Assembly (NCBI GenBank): GCA_964016885.1
Contig: OZ024744.1
Location: 60,760,001-60,824,000, forward strand
Reading direction: 5' to 3'
Length of the DNA: 64,000 nt
From: Eledone cirrhosa
Taxonomy: Eukaryota
Under the pieces are notes generated by a model. The model saw only the letters and a list, made by a program, of their open reading frames with translations, did no database searches and was not told where the DNA came from. The translations under genes were made by a program, and so were the position numbers. Below are positions 24,754-39,384 of the stretch, piece after piece; the first letter of the stretch is position 1, and each line of letters starts with the position of its first letter.

Positions 24754-25043
24754 TAATATAGATCAGTTTTATAAATAAATATTGACATACCCTTAAAGAA
24801 TGCGACCATTTCTGTTGGAAGCTCCCGGATAGTGGGGTTATTAAATTTATTTAGTCTATTATGCAAATTAGTGTCGGATATTTTAAATCACAGTAGATTT
24901 AAAATAGGCCGTTGGAGTATGTAAAAAGATATGCATAATAGACTAAATAAATTTAATAACCCCACTATCCGGGCGCTTCCAACAGAAATGGTCGCATTCT
25001 TTAAGGGTATGTCAATATTTATTTATAAAACTGATCTATATTA

Positions 25044-25105
25044 TATTTTATCTGATGAAAGCGCACCATAATTTGACTTGTCCTTGAAATATGTATAATG
25101 AAATA
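25044..25105 (+). ncRNA. Minimal hammerhead motif (right arm, family B)
   Basis: UAUUUUAU CUGAUGA AAG...CUU GAAA UAUGUA UA AUGAAAUA. Confidence 0.65.
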
Positions 25106-25644
25106 AATATGGTTTTATAAATATAGTTTCCATTTGTTAATATATCGTATTTTTACTCCAATAATTTGTTGAGTGCTTTATATCAGTTATAAAAATATTT
25201 GCTTGTATCCCAACAATTTAAATATAACTTCTACATATATATATATATCAGAATGTAAGCGGTAAAATCCGTTAGACTATTACTCACAAGAGTACTCCAT
25301 ACTTGGGGTAGTAGAGACGGTAATATGAAAAATTCAGGACCCGACGACTGAGTAGTTCCTGTCGTTTCAACAGCTAGATCCAAACTCAGTTCGAATCTAG
25401 CTCTTGAAACGGCAGGAGCTCAGCCGTCGGGATCCCGATTATTCCATATATATAGAACACTCTTTTTTCCTGTACCTTTCCGACGGAATTACTTCATTTA
25501 TATATACATACATATATATAAATGAAGTATTTCCGTAGGAAAGGTACAGGAAAAGAGAGTGCTCTATGTAGGCTACAGAGCTTATATATATATATATATG
25601 AGAGAGAGAGTTATATGAAAACATAATTGTTTCTACATTTAGAG

Positions 25645-25960
25645 GGCGGTGAATTGGCAGTATCGGTGGAGGGTCGGACGCCATGCTTTCCAGCATAGTT
25701 ACGTCCCTTTACGATCTGAGTTCAAATCCCGCCGAGGTTGACTTTGCCTTTCATCCTTACGGGGTCGATAAAATAAAGTACCAGTAATGCACTGGATAAT
25801 TGCTGGCCTTGTGCCCAAAATAGAAACAATAATTGTTTCTACATTTGGCACAAGGCCAGCAATTATCCCAGTGTATTATTGGTGCTTTATTTTATCGACC
25901 CCGTAAGGATGAAAGGCAAAGTTAACCTCGGCGGGATTTGAACTCAGACCATAAAGGGCC
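25645..25960. mobile_element. Tail-to-tail pair of SINE S1 copies (+ 25645-25830, - 25832-25960)
   Basis: A full plus copy with A-box-like GGCAGTATCGG and B-box GAGTTCAAATCC, immediately followed by an inverted copy. Confidence 0.85.
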
Positions 25961-26054
25961 ACTTACTGCCGAAAAAAAATTTTTTTTTGTAACGAAACGA
26001 AACATTTTATTTTTCTCTGTGAATATATATCACAGAATTGCCAGTATGTTCTGA

Positions 26055-26107
26055 GAATGTCAGACACCACTATTTCAAGATTTGTTAATCTTTCATCAGT
26101 AACACTC
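26055..26107 (-). ncRNA. Type I hammerhead ribozyme motif
   Basis: Minus strand GAGUGUUA CUGAUGA AAGAUU-aaca-AAUCUU GAAA UAGUGGUG UC UGACAUUC: 8-bp stem I, 6-bp stem II, GUC triplet. Confidence 0.8.
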
Positions 26108-27944
26108 ACTCAAACTGTACTAGCATAAAATAGACTATAGTCTTTATCGAATTTTGCATGATGATCACTTATTGGATGTGTTCATTTTTCAAATAGAAAG
26201 CATCAGCTGGAAAAGGTCATATGAATATAGTTGAAGCTTGCCTGGTTATATTTAATTGGCGGTACATTGAAATATATAACAACGTTCCGTCAGTTTTTTT
26301 AATTCTTGATGAAAGACGAGGACTAAAAAAATTGTTTCAATTTATTTTGGCTTACTAATCTAACATGACGTACAATTCATTTTATAACAAACATTTTAAT
26401 GTATGAAATTTTGATTAACTGGCGAGTCATTTGTAAGACATTTTCCAACGTTCTTTTAAGTCAAGCGTACAAAGACATAATTCATCACAGAGATTGTTAG
26501 ACAAAAACGTTTAAGGCCATTTCCCTGTTAAAGCATGATATAGCCTCGCAGCCCCCACCTCACTACTAACATCCCTCGGGTTTTATCTCCTCCTCTATCG
26601 TCCCCACTCGTCTTTCTTGGTCTTCCCTTCCATTCATTTCTATCGTTTCTTTCATCTTTGCTCAACACATGACCAACCGTTTCGTTTCATTTCTCTTCAC
26701 AATATTCATTACTGGCTTTAATTTTTTCAACCCTCTGTAATTACTTGTCTTCCTCTCTCTGAGAAATACTCCACTCACCCATAGAACCATTCTCATTTCT
26801 ATCATTTTCAGCCTTTTGTTGGTTCACATTCATCAACACGTCTCGCTTCCAAAAGGACTTCATGATGAGTACAACTGACGAACACAAATTATATATAGTG
26901 TACCCCCGGCATTCGCGGAATTTGCCTCAGAACCTAACTAATAATTGTTCGTGGAAACAACCGTATATTCACGGAATTGTAAATATTTTCCGCGATTTTT
27001 AATAGTTTTTTCGTGGCAATATATGTTTTTTCACGCTTTTTAACACTAAATTATTAATAACAATATACCGTATTTTCCGGCCTATATTTTACGTTATATA
27101 GACATTTTTATGGACCACATCCAATATTCGCGGTCTTACACTCTTCCCGGCTGCTCTAGAAAGGTAACCCCTGCAAATACTGGGGAACAACTGTGTGTAT
27201 ATATATATAACGAATGTTTGTCTCTATGTACGCTTGACTTGTGAAGAATGTCGATTTTATTGTTTACATTTCCGTCTATCACTTATAAAAGCTTGCCTGA
27301 TAATTTAACAAATTGAAGACACAGATAAAAATCAAAATACTTTTTATTATTGTAATTATTGTTGTTTTGTGTGGGGTTATTTTTTTCTTATATTTATTTT
27401 TTCTTATAAACTTCGTGAATCAATGAATTACACAGCAAAAATATACAGACAGGAAACAATAAACAAAAAACAAACAAACAGTTGTTCCAATAAAACTTAT
27501 GAAGTATTGGGCAAAGTTTGCTTTTTGGGGAAGCCGCCACAATTCAGATACCTATAAATATTAGTCGAATACGCGGTTCAATTCTTACAGGAGTTTCTGT
27601 CCACCTTTATTTTTATCCCAAAGAGTACTTTACTCGACATATATTCAATTATTATTTATAGTTATCAGCATTGTGGAAGCTTCTCTAAAAAACAAACATA
27701 TTCTCAAATTGTTCCAATACTTTTTTTTTTTTTTTTATCACACTATGGAAATAAAAAAAATCAATATGAACAGTTTGATTTCATCTCTCCTGTAAATTAG
27801 AACGTTTTGTGTTTGCGTGTGAGAGATGACATGGATATAGTATATGTATCTTCTGCAATTAGTTTCACTATGTGATCCCCACCAATGTTCTACACAAACA
27901 TGGATGCAGTCCAACGACTAAAACCATTAATACAATAAAATAAT

Positions 27945-27999
<55 letters not shown>

Positions 28000-28249
28000 C
28001 CGTATATACTTGATATACCAATCCAAATAATATAAACTGACCCTTATTTTATGTCTGAGAAATGGGCAAAAATCCAAACCATGTGTATTAGTTGAGGTAG
28101 GTAATCAATACATTAGGTTTAGATGGTGTTTTGAAATTCTCATGAGTGGAGAATATATTTATGAAGTTTTAATATTTTGATATTTAAAGTATTGTTTAGA
28201 GTATAGTTTGTGTTTCGTAACTCCATTACGTCCTCTCAAGGAAGCCTAC

Positions 28250-31085
28250 ACAGTGTACTCTACATGTGAATGGAGTTTCACTGAAGCAAGTGGAGAAATT
28301 AAAGTATCTCAGGTCCATGTTCATGAATGATGGAAGGCAGGAGGTTAAATTAAGTGCAACAATTGCAGGAGCTGGTGCAGTAATCCACCAGCTTTAGCAT
28401 TTGGTCAGAATAAGAAGGGAGGTAGATGCAAAAGTCAAACTCGCTATCTTCAATTTGGTATTTGTGCCAACACTTACCTATGGTTATCAATCTTGGGTAA
28501 CGATTGAAAGAATATGACCATGAATACATGTGTAGCTTGGAGATCTGAGTTGCCCTGGGTAGAGCCACTACTTCTCCAAATTGAGAGATCACAGATTTGA
28601 TACTATGGGCATGTTTGAGGAAAGAATCACTGGTCAAATTTTACAGGCAAAAAAACCAACCAGCAAGTGACCCAGGAGTAGACTCTGAGCATGATGGTTG
28701 GATAACATCCATGAGCTTAGCTGGCTCATTTGAGGATCCAGCTGGATCAATTGGAGACAATTGCTTTAAACAGAACACACTGGAAGGAGTACTTGAGGAT
28801 TCTGCCCCATGACCCTCCTAGGAATAAAAAGAAGAAAAAGAAAAAGGAGGAGAACAAGAACAACAACTCCATTATGTAATGATTTTTATAAATTTCCAAC
28901 TGTTTTGAATGCCATATTCATTCAAAACATTAAAAAAAACAACTGTAGAGCCTTCTCTGCCTTGGGAAAGGGGGCAACAGAGGAAGGTGATAGGTATGAT
29001 GTTATAAGAGTATGTAGTGATTTGATGAGTAAGGGGTAAGATGGCTAATTAGTGTATGGGGAAAGGGGGAATGTAGTGGTGTGAGGGATGTGGTCAATAG
29101 GGTGTATATATATGTATATATATATATACGGACACATACAAATATATAGATATATTATACATAGTAACTGGCACTCCACCAGTTATGATGACGAGAGTTC
29201 CAGTTGAATCAATCAATGGAACAGTCTGCTTGTAAAATTAACATACATTCCACACACACATTCCCTTAATGTAGTTCTCAAGGAGATTCAGCGTGACACA
29301 GAATGCCAAGTCATTCCACTAGGTTGGCTAGCTCCTCTTCCTACCCTGCTAGAAAACGTAAGTTCATAACAGTCTGCTGCCAATGCTGACTGTCTCTTCA
29401 TGGTCTTTCAGTGTGTCTGTCATAATTCTCTCTAAGATGTTGAAGAGAGTTGGAGAGCGCAAACAGCCTTGCCTTACTCCGTCTGTGGTTCTAAACCAGT
29501 CCCCATCACTGCTGTTTAAGTAGACTGTGCTGATGGCTTTGTATCACTGATCACATTTCCATTGATGTTATATAGCTTCATTGTGGCCCTCAGTGTTGTG
29601 TACCAAACCCTGTCAAACGCCTTTGGGTGGAGGTCCTGTTGATGTTGGAGGTACCTTTCGCATATTATCCTAAGGTTGAAGATCTGCTTTGTTGCGGTTC
29701 GCTCTGGTCGTAAGCCTGCAGCTTCAGTCGGTTAAGCAAGATCTTCAGCATGACTTTGCTTGGGTGGCTGATGAGGCTGATGGTACGATAATTTTAGATT
29801 AGCTGTAGGTTGCCTTTCTTGGGGAGGGTGATGATGAGTGACTGGGTCTATGTTGTGAGCCATTCTCCTGTCTGCCAGATCTTGTTGCAGATGGTCATTA
29901 GGGCACTTATGGCTTTTTCCCCTACCTGCACCAGCTCTGCTGGGATGTTGTCCACTCCTGCAGACTTAAGAAAGCTCCTTGACATCACCTACAGAGGTTG
30001 CATCTCCAATGAGAAGGTGCAAAACAGAGTTCTGTAAGCCATCAGGCCCTATGATAACCTACTAATCATTGTAAAACAACACAAATTGAGATGGTATGGG
30101 CACATGACAAGATATTCAGGGCTTGCTAAGACCGTCCTGCAGGAGGGAGGGAGAGAGGCAGACAGAAAAAGAGATGGAAGGACAACATCCGGTATGGATA
30201 GGTATGAAGCTGGGTGCAACCACGAGGAATGGAAGGAGGTGGTTGCCAGGTCATCTGTGGTGCTCCAACGGTCCACTAGATTATGGGACAGATGAGATGA
30301 GAGTGTAATTAATACAAAGCATTGTGAAATATGTAGTTAAAGGCCAATCATTTTTTAAAAAAGCCGGTAAAATACGAAGGGCAAATGATAAAAAGCAAAG
30401 TAATGTTTTATCCAGTGTATTTTAGCATGATATTTCAGGGATATTACCTGTTGTGGTTCTTCCTCCTGCGCCTTTTGCCTCTGATGGTGGTTCTGTAGGA
30501 GTTTTCGAAGAAGAAAACATGGTTGATGGTGAGGCACCAGGCATCATAGTTCTCAATTAGGGTGGACAATCAGCGATGATCGATGTGTTGGGCACCAAGG
30601 GATTTTTCAAACAGTCCTTGTATCACTTCCTTGGTGCCCCCACATTGCGATGGCCAATGGAGAGTTCACTATACAGTGTGATCCTGGGCAGGTGATGATC
30701 CTTCATCCTGGAGATGTGCCCTGCTCAGTGTAATTGGGACTTCAGCAGTATAACCTTAATGCAAGAACTTCAACATTGGTGATAAAGCAACTCCAGTGAA
30801 TGTTGAGGATGGAGGGGAGGCTGTGCTTGAAGAATTGAAGGTGGTGGCGATAAGTTACACACGACTGAGCCATATATGGGGGTGGTAAGTACATTGGCTC
30901 TGTACACTCTGATCTTGGTACTCTTCTTGAGGTGTTTGTTTTTCCACATACGTTTGTACAATCTGTCAAATGCACTGTTCACTCTTGCTAGTTGATTTCC
31001 CTGTTGATCTTGGTATCTCATGTGATGGTGCACCCCAGGTAGGTGAACCGTTGGACCGTTTTCAATTCAGTCTCGCCAATGATGA
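28250..31085. mobile_element. Cluster of decayed RTE-clade LINE fragments (+28250-28820, -29350-29960, +29965-30300, -30440-31085)
   Basis: KYL-like motifs, LRWYGHMTRYSGLAKTVLQ, LARVNSAFDRLYKRMW, YRTISLISHPSKVMLKIL remnants. Confidence 0.7.
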
Positions 31086-31744
31086 GTATATATATATATA
31101 TTATGATCACCATTGTTTTTACATCCATTTTGCCATGCTTCCATGGTTTACTCAGTTGTAGAAATTAGTTGCGATGTCACTGGTGCCTATCTGTATCATC
31201 CTTTGCCTTTCTTTCGGACAACATTGGTGGTGTGGAGTGGGGAATCTGATATACATGGCAACTGCTGGTCTTCCACAAAAATTCCTTGCCCGGACTTGTA
31301 CCTTGGAGAGGGAACTCCTGATTATTCACAACTGAAGGGGGTCTTTACCCATTTATACACACACACACACATATATAATGGTATATGTATATATATATAT
31401 AGGCTTACCATAATTCTAAGCCCTAAACTGGGACAATTTCAAACCAAGACTTTCCCAACCAAACCAACACCTATAGTAATCCTATATATAAACAATACCA
31501 TATAAAGATAATTAACTACATTTAACAAAACGCTGATAACTTTGAAGAATTTAAAGTTTATAGCAGTCCAGGGTCTATTACTAGTTTTGCATGAGACTGG
31601 TCACACTGTAGCATTGAATGCCAAACAAAATTATTATGAAGCTTCACCTAAACAAAATGACCTTAACTACGTCATAACATGTATTATATATGCTGTAAAT
31701 GTAGTAAGTGATTATATAAGTCTATGAGTAAATAAAAGAAAAAG

Positions 31745-31981
31745 AGACGTTATATGTCTTAATCCGTATGGTGAGCAAATGGGGTCCCACGTGCTGGCCT
31801 CCCCACAGCCCCGGCAGATAGAATGGAGAAGGCATTTCTCCGGAGGATAGTAAGGGAGATGCGCTGGAAGAGCCATTCCAACTCGCGAGGCTCACACCTG
31901 CGGCTGGCCAGCTCAGCGTCTCTGGTGATGAGTAGGGAGGTACCCCTAGGGCCAAGGACACCAGACGTCTCCACTGCCAAA
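31745..31981 (-). mobile_element. CRE-like element 3' fragment
   Basis: LAVETSGVLGP...ELEWLFQRISL..RNAFSIL; closely similar to 43800-43990. Confidence 0.8.
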
Positions 31982-32789
31982 AGTTATACCATCATTACAA
32001 TTTATATAAGGCAGAAAAATGTCTCAATTTAAGCAACCAAGTAATTTATTATAAGTTATAAAAAACTCATAACTTATTGTCTAAAAAATCAATTGAATTA
32101 ACTATTTTCCTAGTAAAGAATTTAACTGGCAACTAATTGGGGTTTCCTAATTTAAGTGAATTAAAAAAAAAGAATAAAATAAAAGAATTTTACACACACA
32201 CACACACGACAGATAAAAGTGTTTGAATCTGTATTAGACACAGTATTGCACCACCAATTTAGTTAAAATTGAAATCTCTTCCTCATTGCAGATTATCTGG
32301 TAAATAATCTGCAATGAGGACCTTTTACAGATAACTTCAATAACAGAGACCTCATCATCCGGATGGGCATGTTTGGCAGTATAGATACACTGGAGTGTAT
32401 GGTGGCTATGGATATGGTTAGGTATCAGGGTTCCTAGAATTCACTGATGTAAATGACCTTACCATTTGTAACACTAACTTCAGGAAACTGGTCAACCATT
32501 TGATCCCCTATCAATTGTGTGAGCATGCAAGCCAGAATCACTTCATGCATGTAAGAAAACAGAATAGACAGTCTTTTTCTTAAGAAGAATGCACCACCCA
32601 ACACAAAAGTTATTAATATCATCAGAATAATAACAAGAAACATAATCAAGATAAAGGAAAATAATGGAACTCTCTGTTAAATATAGGTTTGGAAAAGCTC
32701 TTTCATATGCATACAATACAGACAGATACGTATAATGTAAAGGGCAACTGAATGTTTTTATGGGCAAACCTGCTTTAAGTTACTGATGA

Positions 32790-34600
32790 GATCTGTGGCT
32801 GGAGGAAGGTGCCAGTCAGATGAAAGGTAACTTGGTGGTGGAACAGTACTGTAGATAGAGCCATTAAAGCTGAGAGACAGTCTTGGAAAAACTGAAAAAC
32901 TAGGGACAGCAAAGAGCAATAACAAGTAGTTAGATAACAGGTTTACTTAACATGTAGAGAAGGAGAAAGCAAAAAGTTTGCCAATGTGTTGTGATGTGGG
33001 GATCGGAGGCATGAGGTGCCTTGTATTGTGAAGCAATGTCTCAGTATGAATCAAAATATTGTTGGAGAAAAGTGTTTGAAATGAGATGGTACTATTAGCC
33101 ACGGCCTAGAAATGCTTCTATGAGAGATTGATGAATGTGGAAAATTGACTCAACCAAGGGTTTGGTTATTGAAATTGACAGTTCTAGAGTCAAAGAAGCA
33201 ATAAAAGAGATGAAAAATAGTAAAGCTGCTTGACCATCAAAGATAATTGCTGAGATGCTGAAATCATCTAGGGAAGCAGAAGTCGAACTAGTCATTCACA
33301 TAGTCAGATAATATAGGATGGTGTCATACCTCTTAACTGGTGTAGCAGTATAATCGTTAATTGATACAAGAGAAAAAAGGTGATGCTCTAGAAAGGAGCA
33401 ACTGGAAGGGTATAAAACTAATGGACTAAGTTAAGAAAGTGGTAGAGTTTTGGCACAACTAATTAGAGAAAAAGTCAAATTAGATGAGATGTAGTTTGGC
33501 TTTGTTAGGAAGGAGCACCATAGATATTCCCTTCTTAGTGAGATAAGAGAAGTTTCTACCTATGTGTAAGATGCTATATCTTGCTCTTGTAGACCTGGAA
33601 AAGGCCTATGACAGAGTACCAGATTTGCTATCTGGTGGTGCTCAAGGAAACTATTTGTCCATGAGAAAGTCTGCTAATGACCTGCTTCTTATAGTCAAAT
33701 CTATGGCTGAGCATGAGAAAAAATTCCTACAGTGGAAGCAGAACTAAGAATCAAATCGGCTCAATGTAAATTTAGCAAAGACCAAAGTTTTGGTATGTAG
33801 GAAAGATTCCTGTTCAAACCAGGAAAGCGGCCATACTTGATATGTAGAAAAAAAAAATAGGTAGGAACTTTATATGAGGTACACAATGTAAGGTGTAGGT
33901 TCACAAAAGGTGTAGTGGGATTGTAGGCAGATTAACAAACAGAAAAAAATAACAGATTTTGCATATGGCAGATGCACAGGTGTAGTTGATAGTAAGAGCA
34001 GCAGTCAAATAGACCTTTTCCAGCCTCAGGAAGGTACCATAGAAGTAGTTGATAGTTTCTCTTACTTAGGTGACTTAAATTAGTAGTGGAGGGGGTTGTT
34101 AGAAAAAGAACAGGCTGGAAAAAATTTAGGATGCTACTATCTCTGTTTGCAACAAAAGGATTTTCTCTCCATGGAAATAGTTGACTGTATGAAGCCTGCA
34201 CGAGAAGTACAGTATTTTATGGCAGTGAGACATGGGCAGTAAATTCAGAGGATATTTGGAAGAAGGAGAGAAATGATGTGAGCATTTTCTGTTGGATATG
34301 TCATCACAGTGTGTATGAACAAAAGAACAAACAAAAAACTGGGTATAAGAGGAACCAGATCTGCTGTGCAAGAGAAAAGATTGCATAGGTAATGATATGT
34401 GACGTATATGAATGATGAGCAATGGGTGAAGAAGTGTTAGGCAATGTTACTGGAAGGAAGCTGCACAAGAGGAAGACGGAGACAAAAATTGGGCAGAGGT
34501 GGTTAAGCTGATTTCTAAACACTGAATGAACTTCACAGAAGTGATGACAAAGGAAACTGTGCCGGAAAAGATCTGCCCACCTGCAAGCATGGAAAAGCAC
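32790..34600 (+). mobile_element. Highly decayed RTE LINE (PHD-insert family)
   Basis: YLALVDLEKAYDRVP and HKRCSG remnants, collinear with 41031-42395. Confidence 0.75.
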
Positions 34601-34618
34601 ATGCAAAATAATAAATAA

Positions 34619-34665
<47 letters not shown>

Positions 34666-36496
34666 AACACAAGGCTTGATAATGAGCCAATATGAAAGCT
34701 TTCCATCGCAACTATATAATGAGGATATATGTATATTGGTGTGTGTATCTGGTTTAGAATAGTACACGAGGTGACTAAAAGACTTGGTGCTAGGAAGGGC
34801 ATCAGGCCATAAAACATTGCCTCCTAAAAGAGTTCCATGGACAGTGTGATTAAGTATGTCATGAGGCTTGCAATGCTAAGTCCTGCTTTAGCAAAGAAAA
34901 TGGTAAAAAAAAAATGCTTGTTCTTATAGTGATGGTAAAATCTTGAGAAATCCTTCTATTTGGTTCTTAAAAAGTACATGAATAAATTAAATAGTAAAAA
35001 CTAATACAAAGTTCTCCTCTAGTTTAATTGATTAATTAATATTTATGAGCATATTTGCTTGTTTTTTTAAACCTTAATATCATCATGTAATGATTTAGCA
35101 AAAAATAACTAAAAATAGGCTTATTAATTCTAATATTTATAGTATCTTGACTAGAGAGCAGATCATTTAAAAAATTTGTAGTATTACTTTACTTTTTAAT
35201 GTGATGCAGTATGAGTGCTGGCTTTACCTCCCAAGAATGTTTTGTTAGTGTGGTTTCATGTGGTTTATTGATTCAAATGTTTAGAGTATCTTTACTAGTG
35301 GATAGATCATTGTGAAAATTTGCAGTATCTGAGTGAAGATTTTAATGTGTGTTTTGTGTGTGAAGAGAGAAAGAAAGAGAAAAATTTGGGAAGTGAGTAT
35401 TGTGAGTAGTTAATTGCTTAGGTGGGTAGACTGGTGGGTTAAAAAGATGAGTCTTCAAAAACTGTTGTATATATATAAACAAAATATATACATATATAAT
35501 ACATACACACCCAATGTATATACTCGTGCATAAGTCTTGCATCCATTTTACAAACAGCATTTAAAAAATGTATTATATATATTTTGTATTGAGATTTTGT
35601 AGGCCCAAGAGACCTAAAAAACCCCCTCAAATTGAAATAATATGCTGGTTTATATCACATCAGATTTTCCTCCAGAAAAGGTGCGACTTATGAATAGGCA
35701 TATATATGGTGTGTGTGTGTGTGTATATATACACACACACATATATGAAAACAACAAATTAAACAAAATAATTAACCTTTGAAATAATTAGAGAGAGAAA
35801 TCAAAGAATCACAATGTACATTACCAACAAAAAACAAAACAAAACAAGAATTTGTAATGAAAGAAGCACAAATATATAAAGAAGAAAAACAAAATTCACA
35901 ACCACATTTGGATGCCTTCAAAACAGCAAGAATGGATATTTTTCTGTATTTGTCATACAAAAGAAATAAATTATATAGATGTGTTTGTGTTTATGTGTGT
36001 GTGTGTGTGTGTGTGATTTCAAAATTCTTAAATGTTCATCTGTTCACAATTTATCCCATAAAAACACACTATGCGTGCTTATATGTATGTATATATGCAC
36101 ACACAAATATATGTGTAAATATATCATATATATATGAGTGTGTGTGTGTGTGTGTGTGTATGTGTACACACAGTGTACATATCTATGTATATAATTATAT
36201 ATATATCTATGTTTTTTCTGAAATCGAATTTGAAGCTTTCATCATAAATTGTCCTCAGAAAATATTAGGGTATATGAACCCCTAGGGTGTTTGTGTTGTT
36301 GTAATCAGGCTAACATACTTATCACGAAAATAAGAGATGTGGGTTTGATTCACGCACGTGTTATGGTTATTCATGTGCCTAATATTGGACTATTTTTGTA
36401 GTCAATTTATGATGAAAGTTTCTAATTCTATTTTCAGAATTTCCAATTGCCACTGTATCCAAATTCACATCTGCTTACATATACACATACATATAT

Positions 36497-36561
<65 letters not shown>

Positions 36562-36917
36562 CCAAGTATAAAAGGTTTAATTAGGTATATGTAACATACC
36601 TAATTGAGTTTAGTGTTTAAGGTTAGTATTTGTAAATATGTATGTGTACACAGATATGCATGTGGATTTATATATATACACACACACATATATATATACA
36701 CATATATATATATACACATGGGTTTGTGTGTGCAAATAAATACATACAAATATGAAGATTTAAAAATATGTAAATATAATTAACATGTCTTATTTAATTA
36801 AGAGATGTTTTCTTATTATTTTGTTCTCTTAGGCATATATAAATCTATATATGTGTGTGGTGTGTGTATGATATATATATATATATATATACAATCTGTT
36901 AACCCACAAATATAATA

Positions 36918-38142
36918 TTAGATTGTTCAGAAATGATTGCAGTTTTTATGTTCTTATTTGTTTTAACAATCAATTAAGAATAAAAACTCATGCAAGATGT
37001 GTAAAATTATGTATAGAACTGAATCTTATGTTATGCCTTTTATTTCTATGTAATCCATTTTTCTTAATTTTCAGATCCTCAATCTTATCAAAACAAGAAT
37101 TTCACCAAATTTATGTCATTGAGTACTTGATTGTCATGTATCACAAACAGCTAGCTAGGAACATGAATTAAGTTTGAAGCTATGACAGTGTTAATGAATG
37201 CACACTGCAATGTTTCAATAATTCCATCATGGTGAATTCCTTGTTGAAGATAATGAAGGTCTCTGATGTAATTCTACCATTGACAAGAATCAACTGAGGA
37301 CTTTGGTGGAAACAAACCCTTCCACAACCGTTTGAGAGGTTACAGGAGAGTTAGATATAAGTATTGGAACAATTTCTGAACATTTGAACCAAACTGGAAA
37401 ATCTAAGAAACTTCTAAAATGGGAGCCACATGAATTGAATGAAAACTAGAAAAATCATTGACCCATTTTCTTTTTCTTTTTATTGCATCATGACATGTGA
37501 TATAAAGTGGATCCTATACAACAATCAATGACATTCGGTACAGTGGTTGGACCAAGATGAAGATCTTAAACCCTTACCAATGCCAAAGTTGCATCAAAAG
37601 AAGGTTATGATAACTGTTTGGGGGTCCATAGATGAGTTAATCTACTATAGCTTTCTGAATTCTAGTGAAACAATCACAACAGAGGAGTATTGTCACAAAA
37701 TTGATGAAATGTATAAAAAATTGCATCATATGTGTCTAGCATTGGTAAATAGAAAAGGTAGGATCCTCTTGCATGACAAATCGCACAACCAACACTCCAG
37801 AAGTTGAAGGAATTGGATTATGAAACTACCTCATCATCATACTGGATCTACCAACCAACTACAACTTTTTTCAAGTATTTTCACAACTTTTTACAAGGAA
37901 AATTCTTCAACAAGTAAACAGCCACAAAAAAGGAGCCCTTTGAAGAATTCATTGCCTCCAGAACTTCAGAAGTATATGCTGTTGAAATAACTGAAGTTGT
38001 ATCTAATTGTAGATACAACTAAACAAATATGTGGATTCTACTGGTTTTTATTTTCACCAATAAAATATATTCTGGGTTAAGATATGTTATTTTAAAGTTA
38101 GTATTTAAAAAAAAAACCTACATTAATTTCTGAACAACCTGA
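36918..38142 (+). mobile_element. Mariner transposon, near full length (~1.2 kb), inactivated
   Basis: TIRs TTAGATTGTTCAGAAAT / ATTTCTGAACAACCTGA with flanking TA. Transposase remnants PKLHQKKVMITVW...ETIT..YC..ID...NRKGRILLHD and WEPHELNE. Confidence 0.85.
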
Positions 38143-38752
38143 TACGAAAAAAGAAACACACACACACACTAACTTTGAAAAAAATTCCATCTTTTAAAAT
38201 AAAAAAACCCAATCAGAGAAAAATAAATTTAACTACATGCCAGTGTTTAAAAAAAACAAAAAAAAACAAAGTATGTGTGTATATCAGTGTAAGTGAGAAG
38301 GTGGTGTTGGTAGAGATGGTGTTTAGTATTTACCATTGTTACATAAAATTTCTATTTTCAAGCTCGCACCACAATGTACACAAAACTTTTACAAGTTGCA
38401 CATGTGTGTGATTATACACTCACAACACACACACACATATACATACATATATGTATACATACATATATGTATACACATATATATATATATATATGTATAC
38501 ATTATATATGTGTGTGTGTTTGTGTGTATGTATATATAACGAACGAGCAGTTAAGAAAGAAAAAAATATATTTGTATATTATTTGTGATCATATAGATTT
38601 AATCTGTGAATCAATTTTATAGCAGCAAGTGTTAACATACGCACACACATACATGTGCATACATAAACATACATACATACTACCACTCACACTTGTATCA
38701 AACATGGACACACACAGACATATGTATACACACACACACACACACACATATA

Positions 38753-38811
<59 letters not shown>

Positions 38812-39071
38812 ACATGTACACTTTATAGAGAACATTTATAAATATAGATATAGAAAATACTTGAAAGTTTCTGTGTGCATGTATGTGTGTCTGAAAGATC
38901 ATATAGCAAATGTGTACAGATAAATATACTATGTAAATTTGTGGGGCTGTGTGTATGTGTGACTGTATCTATGAGTTTGTGTGTGTGTCTGTATGTTTGT
39001 ATGTGTACAGAAATGTGAGTGAGTCGAGTGAGTGAGTGAAAGAGTGAAAGAAAATGGTCTCATTGAAGAAT

Positions 39072-39243
39072 TTAATCACATTTGGTTACAAAACTGCCGG
39101 GGAAAAGACCGTTCTTCCCTGTTCGGTGGTGCGCTCCTTTATACCATCCGTTTTCCCACTTCTTGTACACCATTACAATATCTCCAATCTTCAGCTCAAG
39201 TTCCATTTCTCCCTGGGGTGGGTAAGGAGCAATGCAACGGTAC
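39072..39243 (-). CDS. SH3RF1: SH3RF/POSH terminal coding exon (4th SH3 domain + stop)
   Basis: (R)[56 protein letters not shown]; AG acceptor at 39245-39244; phase 2 start. Confidence 0.93.
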
Positions 39244-39384
39244 CTACTTATATAAAAAAACGAAAAGAAAAAAAGATAAAAAGCAGAAAAGAAGAATGAT
39301 AAATAATAGATGAACTGGCCATAGAAACAATAGGTCAGACACATTTAATGGCTAGTAGAAATATTTAAAGATCTTGTAACTTAA

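Larger units (their letters stand above)
24658..25150. repeat. Palindrome family B, ~210 bp arms, ~65-nt spacer with its own small hairpin
   Basis: 24658-24865 is the reverse complement of 24932-25150. Homologous to 3630-3770 and 62570-62650. Confidence 0.93.
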
